From a virus (lineage: Duplodnaviria; Heunggongvirae; Uroviricota; Caudoviricetes), in IMG/VR virus record IMGVR_UViG_2563366932_000013: DNA of 11,111 nucleotides. One strand, 5' to 3'. How positions within the stretch are numbered: position 1 is the stretch's first letter; every line of letters begins with the position of its first letter. Position numbers and translations under genes: made by a program. Under the pieces are notes generated by a model. The model saw only the letters and a program-made list of their open reading frames with translations, had not been told where the DNA came from and made no database searches. Positions 1-9,181 of this stretch are shown in pieces.

Positions 1-1158
1 ATGCTCACCGTTAAGCAGATTGAAGCAGCAAAGCCGAAAGAAAAACCATACCGCCTACTCGATGGTAATGGCCTGTACCTTTATGTCCCTGTATCAGGGA
101 AAAAGGTATGGCAGCTTCGCTACAAGATTGACGGTAAGGAGAAAATCCTGACCGTCGGAAAATATCCACTTATGACTTTGCAGGAGGCAAGAGATAAAGC
201 ATGGACCGCGAGGAAAGACATCTCGGTTGGCATCGATCCGGTAAAAGCGAAAAAGGCTTCGTCTAACAACAATTCCTTTAGTGCGATTTACAAGGAATGG
301 TACGAGCACAAGAAGCAAGTCTGGTCAGTAGGCTATGCAACTGAACTTGCAAAAATGTTTGATGACGACATTTTACCTATCATCGGCGGCCTTGAAATTC
401 AGGATATTGAGCCGATGCAACTGCTGGAAGTAATCCGCAGATTTGAAGATCGCGGTGCAATGGAGCGAGCCAACAAAGCCCGCAGAAGATGCGGCGAGGT
501 TTTCCGTTACGCTATTGTCACTGGTAGGGCTAAATATAACCCGGCACCTGACCTTGCTGACGCCATGAAGGGATACCGCAAGAAGAACTTCCCGTTTCTT
601 CCTGCAGACCAGATCCCTGCATTCAACAAAGCACTGGCAACATTTTCAGGAAGTATCGTATCGCTCATTGCGACCAAAGTTTTACGCTACACAGCCCTAA
701 GAACGAAAGAGCTTCGTTCCATGCTATGGAAGAACGTCGATTTTGAAAACAGGATTATCACCATCGACGCCAGTGTGATGAAGGGACGCAAAATTCATGT
801 GGTCCCGATGTCAGACCAGGTGGTTGAACTTCTCACTACGCTAAGCTCCATCACCAAACCAGTATCAGAGTTTGTTTTTGCCGGGCGCAACGATAAGAAG
901 AAGCCAATCTGCGAGAACGCGGTTCTACTTGTGATCAAACAAATCGGCTATGAGGGTCTAGAAAGCGGTCACGGATTCAGGCATGAATTCAGCACGATTA
1001 TGAACGAGCACGAATGGCCTGCTGACGCTATTGAAGTGCAACTGGCACATGCCAACGGCGGATCTGTGCGCGGTATTTACAACCATGCTCAGTATCTCGA
1101 TAAGCGCAGAGAAATGATGCAGTGGTGGGCGGATTGGCTTGATGAGAAGGTAGAGTGA
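1..1158 (+). CDS. int: Tyrosine integrase, P4-type (N-terminal arm-binding domain of the DUF4102 kind)
   Basis: 385-aa ORF from ATG at 1 to TGA at 1156-1158. N-terminus AKPKEKPYRLLDGNGLYLYVPVSGKKVWQLRY matches the P4-family integrase arm-binding signature as I recall it. C-terminal part has HGFRHEF and a tyrosine near the C-terminus (IYNHAQY), as expected for tyrosine recombinases. Confidence 0.9.
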   Translation: MLTVKQIEAAKPKEKPYRLLDGNGLYLYVPVSGKKVWQLRYKIDGKEKILTVGKYPLMTLQEARDKAWTARKDISVGIDPVKAKKASSNNNSFSAIYKEWYEHKKQVWSVGYATELAKMFDDDILPIIGGLEIQDIEPMQLLEVIRRFEDRGAMERANKARRRCGEVFRYAIVTGRAKYNPAPDLADAMKGYRKKNFPFLPADQIPAFNKALATFSGSIVSLIATKVLRYTALRTKELRSMLWKNVDFENRIITIDASVMKGRKIHVVPMSDQVVELLTTLSSITKPVSEFVFAGRNDKKKPICENAVLLVIKQIGYEGLESGHGFRHEFSTIMNEHEWPADAIEVQLAHANGGSVRGIYNHAQYLDKRREMMQWWADWLDEKVE

Positions 1159-1309
1159 TCCGCCTTAACAACTATCGAAGAGCACAAAGCCTTGTGTGTC
1201 TCATAGGCTATGAAACAATCATTTTACATGGTTACTTCACTACTTCCGCACAATATGATATCGTTCACAATCTAAAAACATTAATAATTTATCCATTACC
1301 GCGGTTAAT

Positions 1310-1336
1310 GCCCGTCGCTTCCAACGGGCTTTTTTG
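1310..1336 (+). terminator. Rho-independent terminator downstream of int
   Basis: Perfect 6-bp stem GCCCGT (1310-1315) / ACGGGC (1324-1329) with an 8-nt loop, followed by TTTTTT (1330-1335), about 150 nt after the int stop. Confidence 0.5.
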
Positions 1337-1397
1337 TAAATTATATTTTTATTACCTTATATTAATATTGGTAATATGTCTGCATGATGTTTTATAT

Positions 1398-2174
1398 TTA
1401 TTGCGTGAGCTTCGCATGATAGCTGGAGCATCTCTTGTCATCACTAATTAGCTCCGCTTTATCCGTTCTTGCCCATATTATATTTCTTTTTATTATTTTT
1501 GCTGGATTACCGGCTGCTGCACACATAGATGGCACATCTTTAGTTACAATACTCCCATACCCAATGACAGATCCGCTTCCAACAGATACTCCTTTCATTA
1601 TAGAGACATTTCTCCCTACCCATACGTAACTAGATATAATGATATCTTTTGCCCAATTAATCCTTTTTTTGCTATGAATATCAAATATAGGATGCCCATC
1701 TGATGCACGCAAAATAACATCTCTTGCTATCATGCAGTCATGGCCAATTGTAACATTGCACTTATCAGTGACGACTTCAAAACCTGCACCTATTGTCGTT
1801 CTTCTACCGATAATAACTTTTGAACCTTTTGTTGCGACAATATCACCTTTAATCTTACTGTTTTTATGTATTCTTACGTAATTATTATCACCCCTAAATA
1901 TTACGGTAAGCCATCGACACTCAACATCATCTTCTATAATAAGTTTGTTATTGTTTCCATTGAACTGAACTTTATTCTCTTTGCTATTTACAAGATCTCC
2001 ACATACAAAAACATTACCTGACCCATTATCATCAACGGAAAACGAGTCTTGAGTCTTGAGTCTTGAGTCTTGAGTCTTGAGTCTTGAGTCTTGAGTCTTG
2101 AGTCTTGAGTCTTGAGTCTTGAGTCTTGAGTCTTGAGTCTTGAGTCTTGAGTCTTGAGTCTTGAGTCTTAACAT
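1398..2174 (-). CDS. neuO: NeuO-like polysialic acid O-acetyltransferase (hexapeptide-repeat acyltransferase with N-terminal RLKTQDS heptad repeats)
   Basis: 258-aa ORF, ATG = complement of 2172-2174. C-terminal half (VWVGRNVSIMKGVSVGSGSVIGYGSIVTKDVPSMCAAAGNPAKIIK) is typical of left-handed beta-helix hexapeptide acyltransferases. N-terminus is ML followed by (RLKTQDS)x6 encoded by the AAGACTC tract, matching what I recall of K1 NeuO carried by prophage CUS-3. Putative SD AGGA about 5 nt upstream of the ATG. Confidence 0.85.
   Translation of the reverse strand: MLRLKTQDSRLKTQDSRLKTQDSRLKTQDSRLKTQDSRLKTQDSFSVDDNGSGNVFVCGDLVNSKENKVQFNGNNNKLIIEDDVECRWLTVIFRGDNNYVRIHKNSKIKGDIVATKGSKVIIGRRTTIGAGFEVVTDKCNVTIGHDCMIARDVILRASDGHPIFDIHSKKRINWAKDIIISSYVWVGRNVSIMKGVSVGSGSVIGYGSIVTKDVPSMCAAAGNPAKIIKRNIIWARTDKAELISDDKRCSSYHAKLTQ
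2044..2169 (-). repeat. Perfect tandem heptanucleotide repeat, (AAGACTC)x18 on the coding strand (GAGTCTT on +), inside the neuO 5-prime coding region
   Basis: Counted directly: 126 bp from 2044 to 2169 is 18 uninterrupted copies of GAGTCTT. 126 is divisible by 3, so the tract keeps the downstream acetyltransferase domain in frame with the ATG at 2174. Confidence 0.95.
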
Positions 2175-2190
2175 ATTAGTATCCTACGTT

Positions 2191-2219
2191 ATTTTACCAC
2201 TAGTTACTTTTCTTGTCAT
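2191..2219 (-). promoter_or_regulatory. Putative sigma70 promoter for neuO with extended -10
   Basis: On the minus strand: -35 ATGACA (complement of 2214-2219), 17-nt spacer, TGg-TAAAAT extended -10 (complement of 2191-2199), about 17 nt upstream of the neuO ATG. Hexamer matching only; no experimental support. Confidence 0.4.
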
Positions 2220-2327
2220 TAAAAAGCATTTAAATTTTTATATTTAATTTCGTTGACGTCAATGTTTTTTGCCAATGTACTTACTTCTTTATGTGATCAG
2301 TTCATATTTTTGACGCCAACGAAACAT

Positions 2328-5273
2328 TTAGTGCTTCCCTTCTATTAAGTCTAACCTAGCTTTTATTCTTTCTATTTCTCTGCGCTGCCATGCTGCCTCG
2401 ATATAGAATAAGAGATCAGGTCTGACCCCCCATCTAGATCCTGCTGGCGTTATTTCAACGCGCTCAATGATGTCTTCCATTACCATCACTGGATTATCAT
2501 CCTCATCAACAATGATGCTCCCGTCATTATCAGTCAGCGGCATTTCCCTTTGGCCAGTAATGACGTCATCATATACTGCGGGATAATCGTCATAGCAAAG
2601 AAAGGCATAGCGGCATGTTGTGCTTTCTTCTTCCATGAGTCCGTGAGAAATAAGAACATCACGAAGTTGCTGCGCGATTACACCATGATGTATCCTCGCC
2701 CCTTCTTCCCCCTTTATAGCGACAGCGTTCAGCCATTTATAAGCGATATACCTGACGTCACCCCAGGCATCCAGCAATGTTTCGTCAGGAGAGACCGGCT
2801 CTGTCTTTAATGTTCCGTCACTGGTAACCACAGGATTGGAGCCAAGATAAACTATCGAGAACCTGTTTCCCGGACCACCAAGAGCATTTACATTATCAAG
2901 ATAAGGTTTAACATCTCCGTTCTCAAAAAGATGTTCGAGTGCGTTATATACCGCGCGACGTGGAGTACTGCTTCTGGAACCATGCAACGTTATCATTGCA
3001 CCATCTGCTGAAGACGTTGTTTCACCGCCGCTAACGATTAATCTCTGAGCGGTAACATCATCAGACGGTACTTTCTTCGCAATAATGGCGTAATTACCCT
3101 CAAGTTTGACTTCCGCGCGAACTTGTCCTGATGTACCTGCATGGACAGTCAGTGACTGGACGGCAACATCATCTGTGAAATCAACGGGTACAGGAACCGT
3201 CCTCACGCCTGACGTCGACATAAAAGTAGGAAGCGTTCTGTTAGGAGTGGCTCCGTAGACAAAATCCCTTGAAACAAATTCTTCCTGTTTAATTTTCACC
3301 CTGAAACAATACAAATCAGCCGGGTGACCATCGTGAACATAAGGATATTTTCTGTTGTTATCCCCTATGCTCCATGGGTTTAGAAAGTCTTCCCCACCGA
3401 AAATGTAGTACAGCCAGTTGTCTTTGATACAAACTGAACCAACACCAACCGCAGAGTTAACTATTCCGCCCTGATAAATCTGATCAGTAACATTAACCCA
3501 CTCTACATTATCCAGACTCCACTCATTGACGTTAACTCTGGTCATAAATGTTCTTGGATAGTTTCCTGCATAACGGTTATCAGGTTCTCCTCCTTCCCAC
3601 TCACCAAATGCGCGCTCACTGCCAAAAATAATCAGCTCATCGCCAACTTTGGCAAAAGGAAGGTTTGAGTGATGAACATTATTTGGGAAGCGAAGAGAAT
3701 TCCATGATGTACCTAAATCAGAGCTTCTGTGCAATGAACTACCGGGTTGAGTACTTAATGTCCCCCTGGTCGTCAGATACAGAATGCCATCATAATATTT
3801 TACACATGGCTCAGATGCATTCGCCTCATATTCTGCAGGTATGCGTCTGCGAACAAAGCTACCAGGAGAACCGAAAGCATCAGAGAAATAGAGTATCCCA
3901 AGCTCGCGTGGACCAATATCACCATTATGGTAGCCAACAGCAAAACTGTTATCGCTAATCGTCGCAAAACTGTGAATCTCAGTAACAGGAGTGCTTCCGT
4001 CAACAAAAGAAGGAATAGTTCCAAGACTGGTTTTTCTCCATGGTGACGAGTGAAATGATGTACCAAAACTCCAGTATCTACCCTCGTTATTCTGATCCAC
4101 ATCCTGGGTATTTTGCGTCGTAACTGTAAAAGTATTTTTATCAATAACAGTAGTCACCGTCATATTCCCGGTAACACCTGTAACACCAGAGTTTGAGAAG
4201 TTGACAAAATCACCAGCAAATAATCCGTGATCAGTAATGCGAATATAAGCGACTTGCTGATTTGCTGCTTTCGTTATACCACCATAAACGCGAAGGCTGC
4301 GACTCATTGGGCGATCCCACAACTCTGCAACCTGCAGTTTATTTCCGCTCACGGTCCGCGTCTCAATTACAGCAAAAAGGCGATTTCTGACAACCCCCAT
4401 ACTCATGCAGTGATAGTTAACTGTGGGATAGTTTTCATGTAAATCTGTAAGCCATTCCGGCGTTGTCCAGGTCTTCCCGTCATCTCCTGAGCGAACCCAT
4501 GCAACATGGAGGTTATTTACACCATGGCGGTCTCCAGCCATAAAAGGCGCATAGATGACATTGTCATATACAAACGTTTTATCCTGCGTCCAGGCGTTGT
4601 ACCACGGTGTATCTGTAATTTTAAATAACTCTCCCTGGATAAAATCTTCAGAAACATAAAAAAGAGGCTGACCCGGTATTCTCTCAAATAAAAAACGAGC
4701 ATTTTTAAATCGACTGACATCTGGAAGAGTTGATACTTTAAAAGTAAGCCCTCGCCCATCTATCTTTTCACCACCTGTTGCAACAGAAAGTAATTCTGAT
4801 AGAGCTGATGTATCATCATGAACACCATCACCAATAGCCCCCCAACCTCTTACATCATAACTGTCTCTCCATCTTGCTATCTGAAGTTTTGGGTATTTAT
4901 TCGCTCCATCTGGGTCTTCTAATTGCTGCCGTAGTTGATCAGGATCATACTTCAGCACATTCTGGAAATAGAACTGCTGTACGCCATACGCATCGTACAC
5001 AGCCATAGAATGGCCTTGCACAGTTACGAACTTGGCAATCCGTCCGTTATATACAGGGTAACCAGCAGCGTTAATGATGATTGGTTGCGAAACAGGAACG
5101 TGAGAGCCGTCTTCGTTCTCTACATAAACCTGAATCCGGTTTTCAGGATTTACCGGGTCAGTGTCAATTTTACCGATATAAATTTTGCCATTGGCTACGG
5201 CTTTAAAAGAACGCGCCATAGTGAAGAGTTGCGAAGGCATCGATACAATCACATTGGCTGTAATGTCTGTCAT
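2328..5273 (-). CDS. Tailspike endosialidase (endo-N-acetylneuraminidase) with P22 gp9-like head-binding N-terminal domain and C-terminal intramolecular chaperone-like domain
   Basis: 981-aa ORF, ATG = complement of 5271-5273, SD GGAG 8 nt upstream. First ~115 aa ([43 protein letters not shown]...VLKYDPDQ) closely match the P22 tailspike head-binding domain as I remember it. Two sialidase Asp-box motifs ([16 protein letters not shown]). C-terminus (...[10 protein letters not shown]...[29 protein letters not shown]) resembles the autoproteolytic chaperone domain of endosialidase tailspikes. Confidence 0.85.
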   Translation of the reverse strand: MTDITANVIVSMPSQLFTMARSFKAVANGKIYIGKIDTDPVNPENRIQVYVENEDGSHVPVSQPIIINAAGYPVYNGRIAKFVTVQGHSMAVYDAYGVQQFYFQNVLKYDPDQLRQQLEDPDGANKYPKLQIARWRDSYDVRGWGAIGDGVHDDTSALSELLSVATGGEKIDGRGLTFKVSTLPDVSRFKNARFLFERIPGQPLFYVSEDFIQGELFKITDTPWYNAWTQDKTFVYDNVIYAPFMAGDRHGVNNLHVAWVRSGDDGKTWTTPEWLTDLHENYPTVNYHCMSMGVVRNRLFAVIETRTVSGNKLQVAELWDRPMSRSLRVYGGITKAANQQVAYIRITDHGLFAGDFVNFSNSGVTGVTGNMTVTTVIDKNTFTVTTQNTQDVDQNNEGRYWSFGTSFHSSPWRKTSLGTIPSFVDGSTPVTEIHSFATISDNSFAVGYHNGDIGPRELGILYFSDAFGSPGSFVRRRIPAEYEANASEPCVKYYDGILYLTTRGTLSTQPGSSLHRSSDLGTSWNSLRFPNNVHHSNLPFAKVGDELIIFGSERAFGEWEGGEPDNRYAGNYPRTFMTRVNVNEWSLDNVEWVNVTDQIYQGGIVNSAVGVGSVCIKDNWLYYIFGGEDFLNPWSIGDNNRKYPYVHDGHPADLYCFRVKIKQEEFVSRDFVYGATPNRTLPTFMSTSGVRTVPVPVDFTDDVAVQSLTVHAGTSGQVRAEVKLEGNYAIIAKKVPSDDVTAQRLIVSGGETTSSADGAMITLHGSRSSTPRRAVYNALEHLFENGDVKPYLDNVNALGGPGNRFSIVYLGSNPVVTSDGTLKTEPVSPDETLLDAWGDVRYIAYKWLNAVAIKGEEGARIHHGVIAQQLRDVLISHGLMEEESTTCRYAFLCYDDYPAVYDDVITGQREMPLTDNDGSIIVDEDDNPVMVMEDIIERVEITPAGSRWGVRPDLLFYIEAAWQRREIERIKARLDLIEGKH

Positions 5274-5330
5274 TTAATTTGCTCCAGATGCAAAGAATCG
5301 CCGCAGCATGGCCACGGTGAATTTTGGGCA

Positions 5331-5354
5331 TAAAAAAACCCAGCCGAAGCTGGG
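5331..5354 (-). terminator. Rho-independent terminator (minus strand) between the upstream gene stub and the tailspike gene
   Basis: Read on the minus strand: stem CCCAGC/GCTGGG (5339-5344 and 5349-5354) with a 4-nt loop, followed by a 7-nt U tract (complement of A run 5332-5338). Confidence 0.5.
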
Positions 5355-5373
5355 TCGTTGCGTTGGTTATCTG

Positions 5374-5582
5374 TCAGTAATTATGTACTGAAGGAGGTAA
5401 TTCTTTATTCTTAAGTCTCATCCATGCGGAAAGATTCGTTGGTCCGTCTGGCTCATTGATATCAACATCTCGTGTGTGATTGATTAAAACGTCTCTCGCC
5501 ATATCGATAATACGGGAGAACTCATAACCGCAGTCATGACATCTGCCGGAATAGTTCGATTGAATTTGTTTTAGCGCCGGAT
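5374..5582 (-). pseudogene. 3-prime fragment (about 69 codons) of a gene whose 5-prime part was lost at the IS911 junction
   Basis: The six-frame ORF 5374..5631 runs into the IS: its first 16 codons are IS-end sequence, so only the C-terminal portion ([32 protein letters not shown]...SVHNY) is non-IS DNA. I do not recognise the family. Confidence 0.45.
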
Positions 5583-5654
5583 TGAAGTGGTTTACTGAAT
5601 TTGGCCACCTGAACAGAGGTGATATGCTCACCTCAGAACAACACAGGTGCCATA

Positions 5655-6802
<1,148 letters not shown>

Positions 6803-6832
6803 CTCGGTGGCCAGTTTTTGTTGACCACTTCA

Positions 6833-7003
6833 ATGCAACAGTTCGCTATTGCAGGGGCGGCATCGGTTCGCCCTTTCAACCCGATTTTATCGGTACAGCA
6901 TTCACGAAAAAACATTTTAACCGGAGCAGACTTTAAACAACCAAGAATGAAAAGCTTGCTCGAAAAGCTTTGGGATATTTTGAAACAACAAGGCCGTCCA
7001 TGA
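6833..7003 (+). CDS. cIII: cIII-like protein
   Basis: 56-aa ORF whose ATG (6833-6835) immediately follows the IS right end. N-terminus MQQFAIAG resembles lambda CIII MQYAIAG, and a central SLLE...DIL.Q.G.P stretch is similar. It sits first in an operon followed by erf, as in lambdoid/P22 pL operons. Confidence 0.5.
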   Translation: MQQFAIAGAASVRPFNPILSVQHSRKNILTGADFKQPRMKSLLEKLWDILKQQGRP

Positions 7004-7158
7004 GTTTTACGGATAACTGGTCAGACGAAGAATTCATTCGTCAGATAAAAGAATTAATCGGTAACGAAGGAGATATTCATGTCACTTGCAACCACAGTGA
7101 AGGAGAGCAAGTTACAGAGACGCATGTACACGCAGAAAGCTCTCTGGTATCGCCATAA
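7000..7158 (+). CDS. Small hypothetical protein (52 aa) at the position that kil occupies in the P22 pL operon
   Basis: ATG at 7000 overlaps the cIII-like stop (ATGA). Acidic small protein MSFTDNWSDEEFIRQIKELIGNEGDIHV... Positional inference only; the sequence is not recognised. Confidence 0.4.
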   Translation: MSFTDNWSDEEFIRQIKELIGNEGDIHVTCNHSEGEQVTETHVHAESSLVSP

Positions 7159-7259
7159 TGGTGACCGCGAAGGAATGCGGGTATGCCTTAATTTGTCCCG
7201 AGTCGAAGTATTAAATCAGCGTTATTTCCTTGGGCCGTGTCCATTCTGAGAGCAATCAT

Positions 7260-7865
7260 ATGAGCAAAGAATTTTACGCAAGACTGGCAGCTATTCAGGA
7301 GAATCTGAACGCGCCAAAGAATCAGTACAACTCATTCGGCAAATATAAATACAGAAGCTGCGAAGATATTCTTGAAGGCGTTAAGCCGTTACTGAACGGT
7401 CTGTTTTTATCAATCAGCGATGAAGTTGTGTTGATTGGTGATCGGTATTACGTGAAAGCCACGGCAACTATTACCGATGGCGAAAACAGTCATACGGCAA
7501 CCGCTCTTGCACGAGAGGAAGAAAGCAAGAAAGGAATGGATTCTGCACAAGTTACGGGAGCTACAAGCTCTTATGCACGCAAGTATTGCCTCAATGGTTT
7601 GTTCGGCATTGATGATGCGAAAGATGCAGATACAGACGAGCATAAACATCAGCAGAACGCAGCAGCAAAGCAATCAAAACCATCACTTACACCTGAACAG
7701 GTTCTAAAAGCATTCACTGACGCAGCAATGCAGAAAAACACCGTAGAAGAGCTTAAACAGGCGTTCGCCAAAGCGTGGAAGATGCTCGAAGGGACGCCGG
7801 AGCAGCACAAAGCGCAGGACGTTTACAACATCAGACGAGACGAATTAGAAGGGGCAACTGCTTAA
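7260..7865 (+). CDS. erf: Erf single-strand annealing protein (essential recombination function)
   Basis: From ATG at 7260 the protein begins MSKEFYARLAAIQENLNAPKNQYNSFGKYKYRSCEDILEGVKPLL..., matching P22 Erf as I remember it almost residue for residue in the N-terminal domain. Stop TAA at 7863-7865. Confidence 0.9.
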   Translation: MSKEFYARLAAIQENLNAPKNQYNSFGKYKYRSCEDILEGVKPLLNGLFLSISDEVVLIGDRYYVKATATITDGENSHTATALAREEESKKGMDSAQVTGATSSYARKYCLNGLFGIDDAKDADTDEHKHQQNAAAKQSKPSLTPEQVLKAFTDAAMQKNTVEELKQAFAKAWKMLEGTPEQHKAQDVYNIRRDELEGATA

Positions 7866-8248
7866 TGGCACATTCGATTACAGTAAGACTAAACAAACCC
7901 GCAAGAGAGTTTCAGGGCGGGGAAAATATCGGATTCAACATCCGTGCTGGCGTTCAGTATTACGATCGCCAGACAAAAAAGAAAGAATGGACAAACTACA
8001 GCGCCGTTGTATTTGCCAAGCCGGGAGCGCAAGCGGATTACTATCGTAGCGTTCTGGTTGAAGGAGGCATTGTAGAAATTACCGGAGAAAACATCAGGGT
8101 TGATGTTTATCAGGGGCAAAATGGTCAATCAATCACTCTTGAATTACTGAATGCAAAGATTGGATTTGCAACTTCAGGAAACAGCCAACAGCAGCAAAGT
8201 AGCAATCATCAAAATAATCCTGAATACGACGATTCCATCCCATTCTGA
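7865..8248 (+). CDS. Phage SSB-like OB-fold protein with acidic C-terminal tail
   Basis: 127-aa ORF, ATG overlapping the erf stop (TAATG). Ends ...QQQQSSNHQNNPEYDDSIPF, echoing the E. coli SSB C-terminal tip DDDIPF preceded by a Gln-rich linker. The N-terminal part has an OB-fold-like pattern (EWTNYSAVVFAKPG...VEITGE). Confidence 0.65.
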   Translation: MAHSITVRLNKPAREFQGGENIGFNIRAGVQYYDRQTKKKEWTNYSAVVFAKPGAQADYYRSVLVEGGIVEITGENIRVDVYQGQNGQSITLELLNAKIGFATSGNSQQQQSSNHQNNPEYDDSIPF

Positions 8249-8271
8249 TTTAGAAAAATAAGGATTTAATT

Positions 8272-8568
8272 ATGCCAGCGCCTTTGTATGGTGCGGATGA
8301 CCCGCGCCGCTGTTCCGGCAATTCCGTATCGGAGGTGCTGGATAAATTCAGAAAAAACTACGATCGAATAATGTCTCTACCGCAGGAAACGAAAGAGGAA
8401 AAGGAATTTCGCCACTGTATATGGCTTGCAGAGAAAGAAGAACGCGAGCGAATTTACCAGACATCAATCCGACCATTCCGCAAAGCCACATATACCCACT
8501 TCCCTGAATATATCGACCCGCGCCTGCGTAATTACCGCTCACGCTATGGCGCTATCAGTAATGACTGA
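8272..8568 (+). CDS. Hypothetical protein (98 aa), basic and helical
   Basis: ORF with SD AAGGA 8 nt upstream of ATG 8272. Its position after erf/ssb and its size are similar to where anti-RecBCD abc genes lie in P22, but I cannot confirm this by sequence. Confidence 0.5.
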   Translation: MPAPLYGADDPRRCSGNSVSEVLDKFRKNYDRIMSLPQETKEEKEFRHCIWLAEKEERERIYQTSIRPFRKATYTHFPEYIDPRLRNYRSRYGAISND

Positions 8569-8662
8569 GGAATTTACCATGAGAGGACTTGCTTAAGAGA
8601 AAGAGTTTCGGTTCTGTTAATGACAACAAATATCTGAATGCGATGTGGCGGAGTGGGAAGAA

Positions 8663-9181
8663 ATGAAACAAATGTCACTAATTGAGATGGATGGTTTTCT
8701 GAAAGGTAAATGCATCCCAAGTGATTTAAAGGTTAACGAAACAAACGCTGAATACCTTGTCCGTAAGTTCGGTGAACTTGAATCAAAACTGGAAACGGCG
8801 TTGCGGGAGTGTAGTTCTGCTGGAATCACGATTGATAACCTTGAGGCTAAATGCGCGAAGATGGCTGCTGAAAATACCTCACTTAAGCAATCTGAGAAGG
8901 AATTTAATGACTTTTGTCGTGAGGAGTTTAGCGAATGGGAAGATGATGTTACTGAAACCCCAGCCACCGATGCTTTTCTGGCTGAAGTGCGGGCGCAGGG
9001 GGTGGATGCTGCTATAGAAGCTGCAAAAAATCTGGTGGCCCAAGAATATGAGTATAAGGATTTCAAAGCGGCGCAGAGTGATTGCTGTATGCACCCTGGT
9101 TCAGACCTGGTAGGGAAGGTTGAAATGACTGAGTGGTTAGTTGACTTTGCTGCCCAGCTTCGCAAAGGAGGCAACCAGTGA
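8663..9181 (+). CDS. Hypothetical protein (~172 aa), acidic, predicted helical/coiled-coil
   Basis: Long ORF in the same orientation as the operon. Start taken as ATG 8663; the track starts at the GTG at 8645, which is also possible. Not recognised. Confidence 0.5.
   Translation: MKQMSLIEMDGFLKGKCIPSDLKVNETNAEYLVRKFGELESKLETALRECSSAGITIDNLEAKCAKMAAENTSLKQSEKEFNDFCREEFSEWEDDVTETPATDAFLAEVRAQGVDAAIEAAKNLVAQEYEYKDFKAAQSDCCMHPGSDLVGKVEMTEWLVDFAAQLRKGGNQ

Noticed and set aside
94-318. 74-aa minus-strand ORF inside the integrase gene
   Set aside because: Antisense to a well-supported integrase CDS; no start context; composition not protein-like.
1159-1397. Possible attP core between the integrase 3-prime end and neuO, including the ATTACC-N13-GGTAAT inverted hexamers at 1351-1375
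   Set aside because: No tRNA 3-prime-end-like core is visible, and P4-type integrases usually have att upstream of int. The inverted hexamers are within very AT-rich DNA and the spacer is not symmetric, so chance is likely. The region is better explained by the int terminator and the neuO 3-prime UTR.
1155-1629. Plus-strand ORFs 1155..1451 and 1435..1629
   Set aside because: They run through the AT-rich int-neuO intergenic region and antisense to the neuO 3-prime end; products are low-complexity hydrophobic strings typical of AT-rich frames.
2044-2169. Tandem repeat array considered as a CRISPR array or generic satellite
   Set aside because: The unit is 7 bp, perfectly tandem with no spacers, and lies inside a coding region in frame; this is a slipped-strand contingency tract, not CRISPR.
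2550-5333. Several plus-strand ORFs (2550..2810, 3665..3958, 4227..4442, 4935..5333) and minus-strand ORFs in other frames (3800..4144, 4517..4759)
   Set aside because: All lie inside or in an alternative frame to the 981-aa tailspike CDS, which has strong homology-based support; none has a convincing start context.
7158-7214. 18-codon ORF (MVTAKECGYALICPESKY) overlapping the stop of the kil-position ORF (TAATG), at the position of arf in P22
   Set aside because: Too short to support from sequence alone and I cannot recall the Arf sequence to compare; mentioned only as a possibility.
7410-8128. ORFs 7410..7673 (-), 7477..7707 (+) and 7889..8128 (-)
   Set aside because: They overlap the well-supported erf and SSB-like genes in other frames or antisense.
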